Position numbers and translations under genes: made by a program. Source: Mycobacteriales bacterium (GTDB lineage Bacteria; Actinomycetota; Actinomycetes; Mycobacteriales; QHCA01). From it: DNA of 64,000 nt. Of the stretch, positions 1 to 10,512 are shown one piece after another; position 1 is the first letter of the stretch, and each line of letters starts with the position of its first letter. The DNA lies in contig JBBPZR010000002.1 in the NCBI GenBank assembly GCA_038276285.1, forward strand, positions 87,454 to 151,453, given 5' to 3'. Below the pieces are notes generated by a model that saw only the letters and a program-made list of their open reading frames with translations, was not told the DNA's origin and did not search any database.

Positions 1-853
1 TGACCGCCTTGATCTGCGGATTGTCCTTGAAGGTTGCCTCGGCTGCCTTCAGATAGGTCACCCGCGCCTGGGACCTGCGATCGCGCGGCACGCCGAACTC
101 CCCGATCATGATCGGCTTGGGATGCTGGTTGGCCCAGGCTAGGAAGGGCGCGAGAACGTCAGTCATCGACGTCCACTGGGGGCCGGGATAGGCGTCAACG
201 CAGGTCCAGTCGACCCACTTGTCGCCCGGGTAGTAGGCGGCCGCTCGGCCGGCGGCAAAGCCCTCAGCAGTTGGGCACCACACCCACCCCGCGTTGGTTA
301 CCTGCTCCTTGTTGAAGATCGCCTTGATGTGGCGCCAGGCCGCGACGAACTCCGGCGCCGTCCCCATGACCTGCAGGTTGGGGCGGTCCATCTCCCAGCG
401 CCATTCCATGAACACCGGCCTGCCGATCGCCTTGACCGCGCGCGCTCGGGTCCGGATCAGATCGTCATAGCGCCCGGAGGTGACGCTCTTCCAGCCGGTA
501 CTCGGGTCGGCCCAGGACAGCTGCATGAGGTAGCCACGCTTGATGAAGTCGAGGTCACTGGAGGTGGGGAAGTCCTCGTTCCAGAGCCGATACGTGTGCA
601 CGATGTCGAGCTTGCGGTGCATGCCGGTCTCCAGGTCGGAGATCGCTTGCCGGCGGCCCTCGTCGGTGAAACGCGTCGGCTTGCTCCAGGCGCCGACGTA
701 CGCCCCGCTGGCGGGAACGGCGGGCCCGGGGACCCGGTCCAGCGGCGGGGCGGGGTGGCGGTGGTGCTGGGTGACGGCGCTCTGATGGGCCCTCAACTGC
801 CAGTACGCGACACCCGCACCGGCGATAAGGGCGAGCACCGCCACGATGCTCAT
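1..853 (-). CDS. Membrane-anchored glycoside hydrolase, GH26/mannanase-like; 3' end runs off the left edge
   Basis: Not in the ORF track because it is truncated. My manual minus-strand translation starts at the ATG at 853: MSIVAVLALIAGAGVAYWQL (N-terminal TM anchor), then ...FMEWRWEMDRPN... and ...KPIMIGEFGV..., which resemble the acid/base and nucleophile Glu motifs of clan GH-A. ORF 329..883 (+) is its antisense shadow. Confidence 0.55.
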   Translation of the reverse strand, partial: MSIVAVLALIAGAGVAYWQLRAHQSAVTQHHRHPAPPLDRVPGPAVPASGAYVGAWSKPTRFTDEGRRQAISDLETGMHRKLDIVHTYRLWNEDFPTSSDLDFIKRGYLMQLSWADPSTGWKSVTSGRYDDLIRTRARAVKAIGRPVFMEWRWEMDRPNLQVMGTAPEFVAAWRHIKAIFNKEQVTNAGWVWCPTAEGFAAGRAAAYYPGDKWVDWTCVDAYPGPQWTSMTDVLAPFLAWANQHPKPIMIGEFGVPRDRRSQARVTYLKAAEATFKDNPQIKAV

Positions 854-978
854 GCCGATGATAAGCGGGTGGCGATTCGGTGAAGGGCTGGAGTGCGGCC
901 AGCCGCGCGGTGTGGTGTCGCCGGCGGTCCAGACCACGTCGTCTCTCTCGGGCTTGCTGACGGGCTTACCGGGGAAGC

Positions 979-2253
979 TCATCGGGCCTCGATCACCATG
1001 CCCGCGCCGACGGTTCGGTTCGTGCCCTCGTCGACGAGGATGAAGCCACCGGTGCTCCGGTTGCGCCGGTATTCGTCGCAGAACAGCGGCTGGGTCGCCC
1101 GCAGGCTGATCCGACCGATCTCGTTGAGGCCCAGCTCGTCGGCGTGGTCGTCGCGGTGCAGGGTATTGACGTCGAGGCGGTACTGCAGGCTGCGGACATG
1201 GGCCCGGGCCGTACGGGTGGTGTGCTTGATAATGTAGATGCTGCCCGGCTTCAGCGGCTGATCGGTCATCCAGCACACCGTGGCCTCCAGGTCCTGGGCG
1301 GCCATCGGGCTGTTGTGCGGGCGGCAGATCATGTCGCCGCGCGAAATGTCGAGATCGTCGGCCAGCCGAAGGGTGACCGACATCGGTGGGAAGGCCTCCT
1401 TGACCGGTCGTCCGGCCACTTCGATACAGGTCACCGTGGTGGTCAGCCCGGAGGCCAGCACCATGACCTCGTCGCCGAGCTTGATCACCCCGCCGGCCAC
1501 CTGGCCGGCGTACCCGCGATAGTCGCGGTGCACCTTGGACTGCGGGCGAATCACGTACTGGACCGGGAACCGCACGTCGACCAGGTTGCGGTCGGAGGCG
1601 ACGTGGACGTTCTCCAAATGGTGCAGCAGGGACGTGCCGTCGTACCACGGCATGTTCTCCGAGCGGGTGACGATGTTGTCACCCTGCAGCGCGGAGACCG
1701 GAATCACCGAGAGGTCCGGGACCTCCAGCTTGGTGGCGAAGGCGGAGAACTCGGCCCGGACCTGCTCGAACACGGCCCGGTCGTAGTCGACCAGATCCAT
1801 CTTGTTGACGCACAACACGAGGTGCGGGACGCGCAGCAGGGATACGAGGAAGGCGTGCCGCCGGCTCTGCTCGAGGAGTCCCTTGCGGGCATCGACCAAG
1901 ACCAGCGCGAGGTCGGCGGTCGAGGCCCCGGTCACCATGTTGCGGGTGTACTGGATGTGACCCGGGGTGTCGGCGATCACGAACTTGCGCCGCGGGGTCG
2001 CGAAGTAGCGGTAGGCGACGTCGATCGTGATGCCCTGCTCGCGCTCGGCGCGCAACCCGTCGGTGAGCAGGGCCAGGTCGGTGTAGTCGTCGCCACGGTC
2101 ACGGCTGGTGCGCTCCACCGACTCGAGCTGGTCTTCGAAGATCGACTTGGTGTCGTAGAGCAGGCGCCCGATCAGCGTGCTCTTGCCGTCGTCCACCGAC
2201 CCCGCAGTGGCAAATCTCAGCATGTCCATCGCTAGCAGATTCGTGGCTGGCAT
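979..2253 (-). CDS. cysN: Sulfate adenylyltransferase subunit 1 (GTPase), with no fused APS kinase domain
   Basis: 424 aa. It has the GTPase motifs GSVDDGKSTLIGRLL, DTPGH and NKMD. Length and C-terminus show no CysC domain. Confidence 0.93.
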   Translation of the reverse strand: MPATNLLAMDMLRFATAGSVDDGKSTLIGRLLYDTKSIFEDQLESVERTSRDRGDDYTDLALLTDGLRAEREQGITIDVAYRYFATPRRKFVIADTPGHIQYTRNMVTGASTADLALVLVDARKGLLEQSRRHAFLVSLLRVPHLVLCVNKMDLVDYDRAVFEQVRAEFSAFATKLEVPDLSVIPVSALQGDNIVTRSENMPWYDGTSLLHHLENVHVASDRNLVDVRFPVQYVIRPQSKVHRDYRGYAGQVAGGVIKLGDEVMVLASGLTTTVTCIEVAGRPVKEAFPPMSVTLRLADDLDISRGDMICRPHNSPMAAQDLEATVCWMTDQPLKPGSIYIIKHTTRTARAHVRSLQYRLDVNTLHRDDHADELGLNEIGRISLRATQPLFCDEYRRNRSTGGFILVDEGTNRTVGAGMVIEAR

Positions 2254-2255
2254 GG

Positions 2256-3176
2256 TCAGAAGTACCCCTCGCGCTTGCGATCCTCCATCGCTGCCTCACT
2301 GGCCCGGTCGTCGGCACGCGTGGCGCCGCGCTCGGTGATCCGCGAGCCGGCCACCTCAGCGATGATCTCGTCGAGAGTGCTGGCAGCCGACGCGACCGCA
2401 CCGGTGCAGGACATGTCGCCGACAGTGCGGTAGCGCACGGTCTCCTCGAAAACCGGCTCGTCGTCGCCGCGGTTGGCGTACTCACTGTCCGCGAGGAGCA
2501 TGCCGTCTCGCTCGAACACTGCACGCTTGTGCGCGAAGTAGATCGAGGGGATCTCCAGCTGCTCGGCTGCGATGTAATGCCAGACGTCGAGCTCGGTCCA
2601 GTTGGACACGGGGAACACCCTGATGCTTTCGCCGTGGTGCACGCGCGTGTTGTAGAGGCTCCATAGCTCGGGCCGCTGGTTCTTAGGGTCCCACTGGCCG
2701 AACTCGTCACGGAAGGAGAACACCCGCTCCTTGGCCCGGGCCTTCTCCTCGTCGCGTCGGGCGCCGCCGAACAGCGCCTCGAAGCCGTGCTTCTCGACGG
2801 CGTCGAGCAGGGTACGGGTCTGCAGCCGGTTGCGGCTGGCGCGGCGACCGCGCTCCTCGACCGAACGGCCCTGGTCGATGCTGGCCTGCACCGAGGCGAC
2901 GATGAGCTTCACCCCGAGCTCATCGACCCGGCGATCTCGGAACTGGAGCGCCTCGGGGAAGTTGTGGCCGGTGTCGATATGCATGACCGGGAAAGGGATC
3001 CGAGCCGGCGCGAAGGCCTTCTCGGCCAGCCGCAGCATGACGATCGAGTCCTTGCCGCCGGAGAAGAGCAGGGCCGGCCGCCGGCACTCCGCCGCCACCT
3101 CGCGGAAGATGTGGATCGACTCCGCCTCGAGCGCGTCCAGCTGGCTGAGCCGGTAGTCGACGAAAGCGGTGTTCAC
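2256..3176 (-). CDS. cysD: Sulfate adenylyltransferase subunit 2
   Basis: 306 aa with a PAPS-reductase-like fold (LFSGGKDSIVMLRLA). It ends 3 nt before the cysN start. Confidence 0.93.
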   Translation of the reverse strand: MNTAFVDYRLSQLDALEAESIHIFREVAAECRRPALLFSGGKDSIVMLRLAEKAFAPARIPFPVMHIDTGHNFPEALQFRDRRVDELGVKLIVASVQASIDQGRSVEERGRRASRNRLQTRTLLDAVEKHGFEALFGGARRDEEKARAKERVFSFRDEFGQWDPKNQRPELWSLYNTRVHHGESIRVFPVSNWTELDVWHYIAAEQLEIPSIYFAHKRAVFERDGMLLADSEYANRGDDEPVFEETVRYRTVGDMSCTGAVASAASTLDEIIAEVAGSRITERGATRADDRASEAAMEDRKREGYF

Positions 3177-3970
3177 AACTGCTCCCCGGGTACGGCCGTC
3201 AACGCGGCGGTTACTTCAAGAATGCGACCCGCCAGGTGCGCCGCACAGACCAGCAGGTCAGGAAGGTACGCGTTGTCCTGGTTGTAGGCCAGCGGCGAAC
3301 CGTCCAGTCGTGACACGTGCAGGCCGGCCGCTTGTGCCACCGCCACCGGGGCCGCGGAGTCCCACTCGTATTGCCCACCGGCGTGCACATAGGCGTCGAC
3401 CTCACCCAGGATGACCGCCGCGCACTTGGCACCGGACGAGCCCATCGGCACCAGATCGGCACCCAGGTGGGCAGCGACCTCGGTGGCGATCGCCGGCGCC
3501 CGGGTACGGCTGACCGCCACCCGGAGGGCGCCGGCGGCGCGCAGGGTGGGCCTGGCCATGTCTGCCGTGCTCAGGGTCAGCCCGCGAGCCGGCAGGGCGA
3601 TGGCTCCAGCAACGAGGTTTCCGCGCTCCCAGAGAGCCACGTGCACCGCCCAGTCGGTGCGGTCCGCCTCGGCGTACTCGCTGGTGCCGTCCAGCGGATC
3701 GATGATCCACACCCGGCTGGCCTGTCGCCGCGTCAGATCGTCCGGCGCCTCCTCGGAGAGCACCGCATCGGCCGGGCGCTCCCCGGCCAACCGGGCGGCC
3801 AGCAGCTGCTGGGCACACCGGTCACCGGCGTTGCGCAGGGCGGCTGGGTCGGCGAAGCCCAGCTGGACGCGAAGTGCGAGCAGAACCTCCCCGGCGCTCG
3901 CCGCGAGGTCGGCGGCAAAGGTGTGGTCGTCGCGGGCAGCTGAGTCGTCGAGGAACACCGACCTGGTCAT
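3173..3970 (-). CDS. cysQ: 3'(2'),5'-bisphosphate nucleotidase (inositol monophosphatase family)
   Basis: 265 aa with the WIIDPLDGT motif. It overlaps cysD by 4 nt and the upstream glycosyltransferase by 4 nt. Confidence 0.85.
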   Translation of the reverse strand: MTRSVFLDDSAARDDHTFAADLAASAGEVLLALRVQLGFADPAALRNAGDRCAQQLLAARLAGERPADAVLSEEAPDDLTRRQASRVWIIDPLDGTSEYAEADRTDWAVHVALWERGNLVAGAIALPARGLTLSTADMARPTLRAAGALRVAVSRTRAPAIATEVAAHLGADLVPMGSSGAKCAAVILGEVDAYVHAGGQYEWDSAAPVAVAQAAGLHVSRLDGSPLAYNQDNAYLPDLLVCAAHLAGRILEVTAALTAVPGEQL

Positions 3971-4800
3971 GCGCCCGCTCGCCGACGCGTCGGCAGCGCT
4001 GACCGCATCAGCAGGAGGAGCGCGAAGGGCAAATCGTCCACGATGTAGCGCCGGAACAGTCGGCGCGGCTCAAGGGCCAGCCGGTGCACCCACTCCAGAC
4101 CGCTGCGTTGCATCCATCGCGGAGCTCGCGGCACCCGGCCCGCGGCGAAGGAAAGCGCGCCACCGCAGCCAATGAACCACGCCGAGGGCAGGACCGCTCG
4201 CAGATCCTGGGCGAGCCGCTCCTGCTTGGGGAAGCCGAGCCCGCAGAAGACGATGTCCGGCTTGGCCGCCTGAACCTCCGAGCGGAGCGCGGCCAGCTCG
4301 GCCGGGTCCTGCTCGAAGCCCATTGGCGGGCACGACGAGCCGGCGACGACCAGGCCCGGGAAGCGCTTCTGCAGGGCGCGGCCAGCCTGGGCCGCGACGC
4401 CTGGAGAGCCGCCGAGGAGAAAGATCGAGGCGTCGCGCCGCGCCGCTACCGCGCTTACCGAGAAGATCAGATTCGAGCCGGCCACCTGCCCGGCCAACGG
4501 CTGGGAGCGCAGCCGGGCGGCCCACAGCAGCGGCATGCCGTCAGCGACCACCAACGACGTTTGGGAGACCAGCCGCTTCAGATCGGCGCTGCGGCTGACT
4601 GCTCGCAAGATGTCGATGTTCGGGGTCACCACCGAGCCGCCCGCACCGGCACCGATGTCAGCGAAAATCCGCTCGATGACCACAGCCTCGGTGAGATTGT
4701 CGAACGACACTCCGGCCAGCTCGACGCGCTCCGGCACCGGTTCGCCGCCAATCTCGCCGCGGGGCCGCGGCACCGCACAGCGATCCAGAGACACGCTCAT
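3967..4800 (-). CDS. WecB/TagA/CpsF family glycosyltransferase
   Basis: 277 aa. The stretch TPNIDILRAV...VVADGMPLLWAARL...FCGLGFPKQE is typical of TagA/WecG. Confidence 0.85.
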   Translation of the reverse strand: MSVSLDRCAVPRPRGEIGGEPVPERVELAGVSFDNLTEAVVIERIFADIGAGAGGSVVTPNIDILRAVSRSADLKRLVSQTSLVVADGMPLLWAARLRSQPLAGQVAGSNLIFSVSAVAARRDASIFLLGGSPGVAAQAGRALQKRFPGLVVAGSSCPPMGFEQDPAELAALRSEVQAAKPDIVFCGLGFPKQERLAQDLRAVLPSAWFIGCGGALSFAAGRVPRAPRWMQRSGLEWVHRLALEPRRLFRRYIVDDLPFALLLLMRSALPTRRRAGA

Positions 4801-4888
4801 CGCTCCCCCTTGTCGAAGCCCAAAAGATACCGCGTCGCGCGAAAACCCGGAGTCAGCGAGTCCGGAAGTCGCGGCGAGCCGGCGTCGG

Positions 4889-6277
4889 TCAGTACGGCAA
4901 GAAGCAGATGCCCATGTGGTTGTGCTGGCCGGCGCACGAGTCGGTGTTCTGCGCGTTGTCGCTGGCGATCCACAGACCGGCCGGAGTCAGCACCATGTCG
5001 TCGGCGCCCAAGCCGCGCCCACGGGTGGGGTTGAAGGTGAGCGCTCCGTTGATGGGGCTGAGCCCCGCCATGCCGGGCGCCACGATGCCGCCCAGGCCCA
5101 GCCGGTCACAGCCGTTGGGATTGCTCGACCAGCGCTCGTGGCCGCCGATGTAGACGGTGCTGGCATCCGCGGCGGTGGAAAACAGCGAGTCACAGCCTGC
5201 GTAGTTGACCCACGAGTGAGCGACGTTGGTCAGACCCGGGGTAGACGGGAAGGCCGCTGCGGCGTCGCACAGTTCGGTCCGCGGGTTGGTGGTGACATAA
5301 CCGGTCCCGGTGGCCGGCTTGTAGCCCGTGGTGGCGATATAGACCTTTGAGCCGTCCGGTGCCCAGGAGGCGTCCTGCAGCCAGAAGGGCTCCACGGTGG
5401 CACAGTTCTTGTCGAATTCGGTGGAGTACCACGGGTCGACGCTAGCGCTCGTCGCGCCCAGGTCGAGCATGAACATCTGGCGTCGGCCGACGCCCCCGAC
5501 CGAGGTGAAGTCGCCCATCACGAGCAGGCGGTTGGTGCCGTCGCGGCTCAACGAGTAGTTGTAGACCCGGGTCGCGTTGGGCTTCGCGGTACGGCCCCCG
5601 AGGTCGGTGTAGACGTAGTTACCCGAGATGTTGAGGTTGACGTAGCCGTCGTCGGAGCCGGTTGAGGTGTTGAGGCTGGCCATGTACTTGTGGGCCGACA
5701 GGTTACCGTTCACCGCGGTGAAGTAGCCGCCGGTCAGCAGGTGGGGGCCGTAGACCAACAGGGCCTCGACCTGGCCGCTAGCGGCGTGCCGAAACGTTGT
5801 GATCAGCGCACCGGTCGAGGTGTTGACGGCAGCGAGGTTGGTCGCCGACTGGCCGCCCACAGTGCTGAACTTGCCGCCGAGGTAGGCCGTCGCGCAGTCC
5901 GCGGACACGCCGACGGTGTTGACCGTGCCGTTGACGTTGGGATCCCAGGCGGACACCACGCCGGTGGTGGCATCGAAGGAGAACGCGTTGTTGCGGGTGT
6001 AGGTCGTGGTGACGTTGCTCGCCGTGCGCTTGATCGAGGTGAACGTGCCCACCGCGTACATCTGGCTGCCGCACGGCACCAGCTGCCGGACCTGCTCCAC
6101 TGTTCCGTCGGTGCCGCTGGTGGCCAGCTGTGGCATGACGTTGGACGGTGTCGCGGAAACCGGGCCGCCCACGACGGCGCTGGCACTCGGAGCCAGACTT
6201 AGGCCAAGGACCATGACCGCCCCGGCCGCGACAGGCGCCAGCCACAGCTTGTTATTATGCACTTCTATGCCCCCCAC
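4889..6277 (-). CDS. Secreted protein with repeated beta-propeller-like blades; function unknown
   Basis: 462 aa with an N-terminal signal-like segment (LWLAPVAAGAVMVLGLSLAPSASA). The G-G-x-F-T-x-V-G/N blade motif recurs (GTFTSIKR, GGKFSTVGG, GGYFTAVNG, GDFTSVGG). Confidence 0.7.
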   Translation of the reverse strand: MGGIEVHNNKLWLAPVAAGAVMVLGLSLAPSASAVVGGPVSATPSNVMPQLATSGTDGTVEQVRQLVPCGSQMYAVGTFTSIKRTASNVTTTYTRNNAFSFDATTGVVSAWDPNVNGTVNTVGVSADCATAYLGGKFSTVGGQSATNLAAVNTSTGALITTFRHAASGQVEALLVYGPHLLTGGYFTAVNGNLSAHKYMASLNTSTGSDDGYVNLNISGNYVYTDLGGRTAKPNATRVYNYSLSRDGTNRLLVMGDFTSVGGVGRRQMFMLDLGATSASVDPWYSTEFDKNCATVEPFWLQDASWAPDGSKVYIATTGYKPATGTGYVTTNPRTELCDAAAAFPSTPGLTNVAHSWVNYAGCDSLFSTAADASTVYIGGHERWSSNPNGCDRLGLGGIVAPGMAGLSPINGALTFNPTRGRGLGADDMVLTPAGLWIASDNAQNTDSCAGQHNHMGICFLPY

Positions 6278-6368
6278 GATGGTCGTTTCAGGTCTGTTGT
6301 ATGAGCGAGTTTCGCTGTTCCGGCTCCCCGCCGCAACCCGAACCGCGTAACCGGCGCGTGCTTCACTG

Positions 6369-7910
6369 TCAGTAGGCGCCCGATGACCGGATCACCGCCG
6401 CCAAGGTCCTCGCCAGGATCACCACATCCAGCGCCAGTGACCAGTTCTCGACATATCGCAGGTCGAGCCGGACCGCCTCTTCCCACCGCAGGTCGGAGCG
6501 CCCGCTAACCTGCCACAAACCGGTCAGACCCGGCTTCACGACCAGCCGGCGTCGCACGTGGTCGGCGTAACGTGCGACCTCGTCCGGCAAAGGGGGCCGA
6601 GGTCCAACCAGGGACATCTCTCCCCGAAGGACATTGAACAACTGTGGTAACTCATCGAGGGAGTACCGCCGCAACCACCGGCCGAGCGGCGTGACCCGCG
6701 GGTCGTTTCTGACCTTGAACAGCACCCCGTCGTGATCGTTGAGAGGACGCACCTCGGCCAGCTGGTCCTCTGCGCCCACGTACATCGTGCGGAACTTGTA
6801 CAGCGAGAAAGTCTTACCGTCAAGACCGACCCGCGTCTGCTTGAACAAGGCCGGGCCAGGATTGGTTCGCCGGATCGCGACCGTTACGGCGAGGAAGACC
6901 GGGGAGAGCACCAGCAGCACGATGCCGCCCACGACCAGGTCGAACATGCTCTTGACTACCCGGCGCGCGCCTGCCAACTCTGGGTGCTCGACGTGCAGCA
7001 GCGGCAGCCCGTCGACCGGGCGAATGGTCGTACGCGGGCCGGCCACGTCAATCAGAGCGGGGGCCACGAAGAGCTCGGTGCGGGTCTTCTCCAGCTTCCA
7101 CGCCAGGCCGCGCAACACCTCGGCGTCTAACTCCGGGCAGGCCAGCACGGCGACCGCGTCAGCCTCCTGCATCTCGACGGCACGGACCACGTCGTCGAAC
7201 GTTCCGAGCACGTCGACGCCGACGTCGTCAAGGCGATCAGGCCGCGGGCGGTGCGGCGGCAGGCAGGCTCCGACGACCTGTACCCCGTGATAACGCTCCC
7301 GGAAGAGCTGGCGGCACATGTTCGCCACGGCTCGCTCGTACCCCACGAGAACGACCCGCTTCATGAACCGGCCTTCGGTGGCCCGGCGCCGGTGCAGCCA
7401 TTTGCGCAGCGCGTGCCGGCCGACGACGTCGGTCAGCGCGAGGACGGGCAGCGCGATCGCCACGTAGCCGCGCGCGAGGTTGAGGTGGACCGCGTAGGAC
7501 ACGAAGGCCACGACGGCGGTGAGCCAGGCAACGGCCATGAGGACCCGGCGGTACTCGTCCGGGCCCACGAACAGGTAGCGCGGCTCGTAGGCCTGACTGA
7601 GCGCGACCATCGCCACCCAAGCGATCGGCAACGTGGCGCTCAACGCGAAATAGAGGCCGTGGTAGCCCCCGATGAAGACGAACCGCACCAGATACGCCAA
7701 AGCACCTGCCAGCAGGGCCGCCCCGAGATCGATCGCCACGACCAGCCGGAGGTACTCCCGCTCCCACCGCTCGCTGTTTTTCCACGCGACGTCGGGTGTC
7801 TGGTGCTCATCGGAGGACCGCTTGGGGACGGCCTCGTGCTCATGACCAAGGCCAGCGGCCATGGCTGGCACAGTTCCCATGGCTTCCATCCAGTCCCCCT
7901 CCAACCGCAC
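6369..7910 (-). CDS. Exopolysaccharide priming polyprenyl glycosylphosphotransferase (WbaP/EpsB-like sugar transferase)
   Basis: 513 aa with N-terminal TM helices. The C-terminal bacterial sugar transferase domain reads LFKQTRVG..GKTFSLYKFRTM...DELPQLFNVLRGEMSLVGPRP. Confidence 0.9.
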   Translation of the reverse strand: MRLEGDWMEAMGTVPAMAAGLGHEHEAVPKRSSDEHQTPDVAWKNSERWEREYLRLVVAIDLGAALLAGALAYLVRFVFIGGYHGLYFALSATLPIAWVAMVALSQAYEPRYLFVGPDEYRRVLMAVAWLTAVVAFVSYAVHLNLARGYVAIALPVLALTDVVGRHALRKWLHRRRATEGRFMKRVVLVGYERAVANMCRQLFRERYHGVQVVGACLPPHRPRPDRLDDVGVDVLGTFDDVVRAVEMQEADAVAVLACPELDAEVLRGLAWKLEKTRTELFVAPALIDVAGPRTTIRPVDGLPLLHVEHPELAGARRVVKSMFDLVVGGIVLLVLSPVFLAVTVAIRRTNPGPALFKQTRVGLDGKTFSLYKFRTMYVGAEDQLAEVRPLNDHDGVLFKVRNDPRVTPLGRWLRRYSLDELPQLFNVLRGEMSLVGPRPPLPDEVARYADHVRRRLVVKPGLTGLWQVSGRSDLRWEEAVRLDLRYVENWSLALDVVILARTLAAVIRSSGAY

Positions 7911-8101
7911 CGACCGAGCCAGGCCGGAACAACCCAGCGTCCCCCGGAAACTCTCGGCTCAGCGGCACGGGCCACACACGAACCCCGACGAGCTACAGAA
8001 AGATAACCGTGAATGACACGCCAGGCCACCCGAACCACCAGATGTGATCTGACGGACACAAGCGGTGAACAGCAGGCGGAGCGTAGCGGCGCGGGCCGGG
8101 T

Positions 8102-8707
8102 TCAGTCGTTGAAGGAGTTCTGCGCCCCCGCCAGCCCCTGTGTGACCAGCGCTTCTACGGCGTCGGCCGCCCGCTCGACGTGGACCGGCAGGTCCTTGCG
8201 TTGCGCCGTCGAAAAATCCCGCAGGACATACTGCGCGGGGTCCTGTCGGCCCGGTGGCCGGCCGATCCCGAACCTGACCCGGCAGAACTCCCCCGTGCTG
8301 AGCGACGACCGAAGGGACCGGAGTCCGTTATGGCCGTTGTCGCCCCCACCCAGCTTGAGCCGAAGCACGCCGTAGGGCAGGTCGAGCTCGTCGTGCACGA
8401 CCACGATTCTCTCCGGTGGCACCTTGTAGTAGTCGCGGAGCGACGCAACCGGGCCACCGGAGAGGTTCATGTACGACTTGGGCTTGGCCAGCAGGACGCG
8501 CTGGCCTGAGATCCGCGCCTCGACGACGTCGGCGCGGCCCTTGTGAGCCTTGAACCGGCTACCCACCCGGGCCGCCAGCACGTTGGCCACCATGAAGCCG
8601 ACGTTGTGGCGCTGGCCCGCATGCTCCGGGCCGGGGTTGCCCAGACCGATGACGAGATGCAGCTCGCCGGTGATGGCGTCAGACCCGCGGCGGAGCAGCG
8701 CGATCAG
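8102..8707 (-). CDS. pth: Peptidyl-tRNA hydrolase (start uncertain)
   Basis: The track ORF starts at an internal Met (8593). The same frame continues upstream as [25 protein letters not shown], the conserved Pth N-terminus. I found no ATG/GTG/TTG upstream in this frame, so the start may be non-canonical, for example the CTG near 8707. Confidence 0.85.
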   Translation of the reverse strand: MIALLRRGSDAITGELHLVIGLGNPGPEHAGQRHNVGFMVANVLAARVGSRFKAHKGRADVVEARISGQRVLLAKPKSYMNLSGGPVASLRDYYKVPPERIVVVHDELDLPYGVLRLKLGGGDNGHNGLRSLRSSLSTGEFCRVRFGIGRPPGRQDPAQYVLRDFSTAQRKDLPVHVERAADAVEALVTQGLAGAQNSFND

Positions 8708-9417
8708 GACTCGGCCGGCGAGGCGGCCTTGTCGGCGTCGCCCTGCTCGGCCGTATCGGCCTCTGCCGCCGCGACGGCTGCCTGCTCCTCGTCGGTGGCC
8801 TCGCGCTCGATCCCGACCTCGGCCTCGGCCTCGGCCAGCTCGGCGTCGAGCTGCTCCGCCGTCGGTGCGGCCAGGCCCTGCACCACGACGTAGGCCGAAT
8901 CGGTCACCAAAGTGGTGCCCTCCGGCAGCGTGACGTCGCCAGCGGTCACGTGCTGGCCGACGGCAAGCCCCGCGATGCTGACGGTCAGCCCGCCGGGAAT
9001 GTGGGTGGCCTCGGCCTCGACGGACAGGGTCATCATCTGCTGGTCCACGAGGGTGTCCGGAGTCGCGTCACCGGTCAGGGCGATCGGAACCTCGACCGTC
9101 ACCTTCTCGCCGAGCCGCACGAGCACCAGGTCGACGTGCTCAAGGATGCCCTTGATCGGATCACGCTGGACCGCCTTGGGGAGGACCAGCTCGCTCTTGC
9201 CTTCGAGGTCGAGGCTGAGCAAGACGTTGGGCGTCTTCAGCGCGAGCATGAGGTCGTGTCCGGGCAGCGAGATGTGCACCGGGTTGCGGCCGTGGCCATA
9301 GACCACGGCGGGCACCTTGCCGGCCCGGCGGGTGCGACGGGCCCCGCCCTTGCCGAACTCAGTGCGGGGCTCGGCGACGATGCTGACCTGGGGCACGGTG
9401 CTCCTCGTACTCTTCAA
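8704..9417 (-). CDS. rplY: 50S ribosomal protein L25 / general stress protein Ctc, with an acidic C-terminal tail
   Basis: 237 aa. It has an L25/Ctc N-domain ([14 protein letters not shown]) and sits in the position expected from the pth-rplY-prs-glmU order. Confidence 0.92.
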   Translation of the reverse strand: MKSTRSTVPQVSIVAEPRTEFGKGGARRTRRAGKVPAVVYGHGRNPVHISLPGHDLMLALKTPNVLLSLDLEGKSELVLPKAVQRDPIKGILEHVDLVLVRLGEKVTVEVPIALTGDATPDTLVDQQMMTLSVEAEATHIPGGLTVSIAGLAVGQHVTAGDVTLPEGTTLVTDSAYVVVQGLAAPTAEQLDAELAEAEAEVGIEREATDEEQAAVAAAEADTAEQGDADKAASPAES

Positions 9418-9531
9418 CGGCTGGGGATCTTGGCGGTTGCGGACGGCATCGACTGCCGGGCAGGAATCCCAGTCTAGCCCGCTGGCCGTACGCGGTAGAA
9501 AACCGGCCGGTCGCGGAGGATCAGCTGGCGA

Positions 9532-10512
9532 TCAGCTGGCGCCGTCGAACATCGACGTCACCGAACCGTCGTCGAATACCTCGCGGATCGCCCGCGCGAT
9601 CATCGGCGCGATCGACAGCACCGTCAGCTTGTCGAAGCGCTGGTCGTCGGAGATCGGCAGCGTGTTGGTGAGTACGACCTCGCTGATCCGGCTGTTTTTC
9701 AGTTGGTCGACCGCCGGGCCGGAGAGCACCCCGTGCGTCGCCGCCGCGATGACCTCGGTGGCGCCCCCGGCGAATAGCGCCTCGGCGGCCTTCACGGTGG
9801 TGCCGCCGGTGTCGATCATGTCGTCGACGATGATGCAGACCCGCCCCTCGACGTCACCGACGACACGGTTGGCCCTGGCTTCGTTCGGGACGAAGGGGTC
9901 GCGGGTCTTGTGGATGAAGGCCAGCGGGCAGCCGCCGAGACGGTCGGTCCAGCGCTCGGCGACCCGCACCCGCCCCGAATCCGGTGCGACCACGGTCACC
10001 TGGGTCACATCGAGCTTGTCGTGCAGGTAGTCGGCCAGCAGGGGCAGGGCGAACAGATGGTCCACCGGGCCGTCGAAGAAGCCCTGGATCTGGGCCGTGT
10101 GCAGGTCGACGGTGAGGATGCGGTCGGCACCCGCCGCCTCGAACAGGTCGGCCACCAGCCGGGCCGAGATGGGCTCGCGGCCCCGGTGCTTCTTGTCTTG
10201 CCGGGCGTACGGATAGAACGGCGCGACAACAGTGATGCGCTTCGCCGACCCGCGCTTGAGCGCGTCGACCATGAGCAACTGCTCCATCAACCACTGGTTG
10301 ATGGGGGAGGTGTGGCTCTGCAGCACGAACGCGTCGCTGCCGCGAACGGAGTCCTCGAATCGGACGTACATCTCGCCGTTCGCGAAGTCGTAGGCCGTCG
10401 TCTGCGTCAGCTCCACGCCGAGTTGCTCGCCGATCTCGTGGGCCAACTCGGGATATCCGCGGCCGGAGAAGAGCATCAGGGTCTTGGAATTGGGCTTCTC
10501 GAGGCCGCTCAC
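9532..10512 (-). CDS. prs: Ribose-phosphate pyrophosphokinase
   Basis: 326 aa with [11 protein letters not shown] and the PRPP-binding loop [11 protein letters not shown]. Confidence 0.95.
   Translation of the reverse strand: MSGLEKPNSKTLMLFSGRGYPELAHEIGEQLGVELTQTTAYDFANGEMYVRFEDSVRGSDAFVLQSHTSPINQWLMEQLLMVDALKRGSAKRITVVAPFYPYARQDKKHRGREPISARLVADLFEAAGADRILTVDLHTAQIQGFFDGPVDHLFALPLLADYLHDKLDVTQVTVVAPDSGRVRVAERWTDRLGGCPLAFIHKTRDPFVPNEARANRVVGDVEGRVCIIVDDMIDTGGTTVKAAEALFAGGATEVIAAATHGVLSGPAVDQLKNSRISEVVLTNTLPISDDQRFDKLTVLSIAPMIARAIREVFDDGSVTSMFDGAS

Noticed and set aside
1144-2235. A 363-aa plus-strand ORF; also ORF 329..883 (+)
   Set aside because: These are antisense to cysN and to the truncated GH26-like gene, respectively.
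8013-8375. Short plus-strand ORFs around pth and in 7796-8059
   Set aside because: They are antisense or intergenic, with low-complexity translations and no support.
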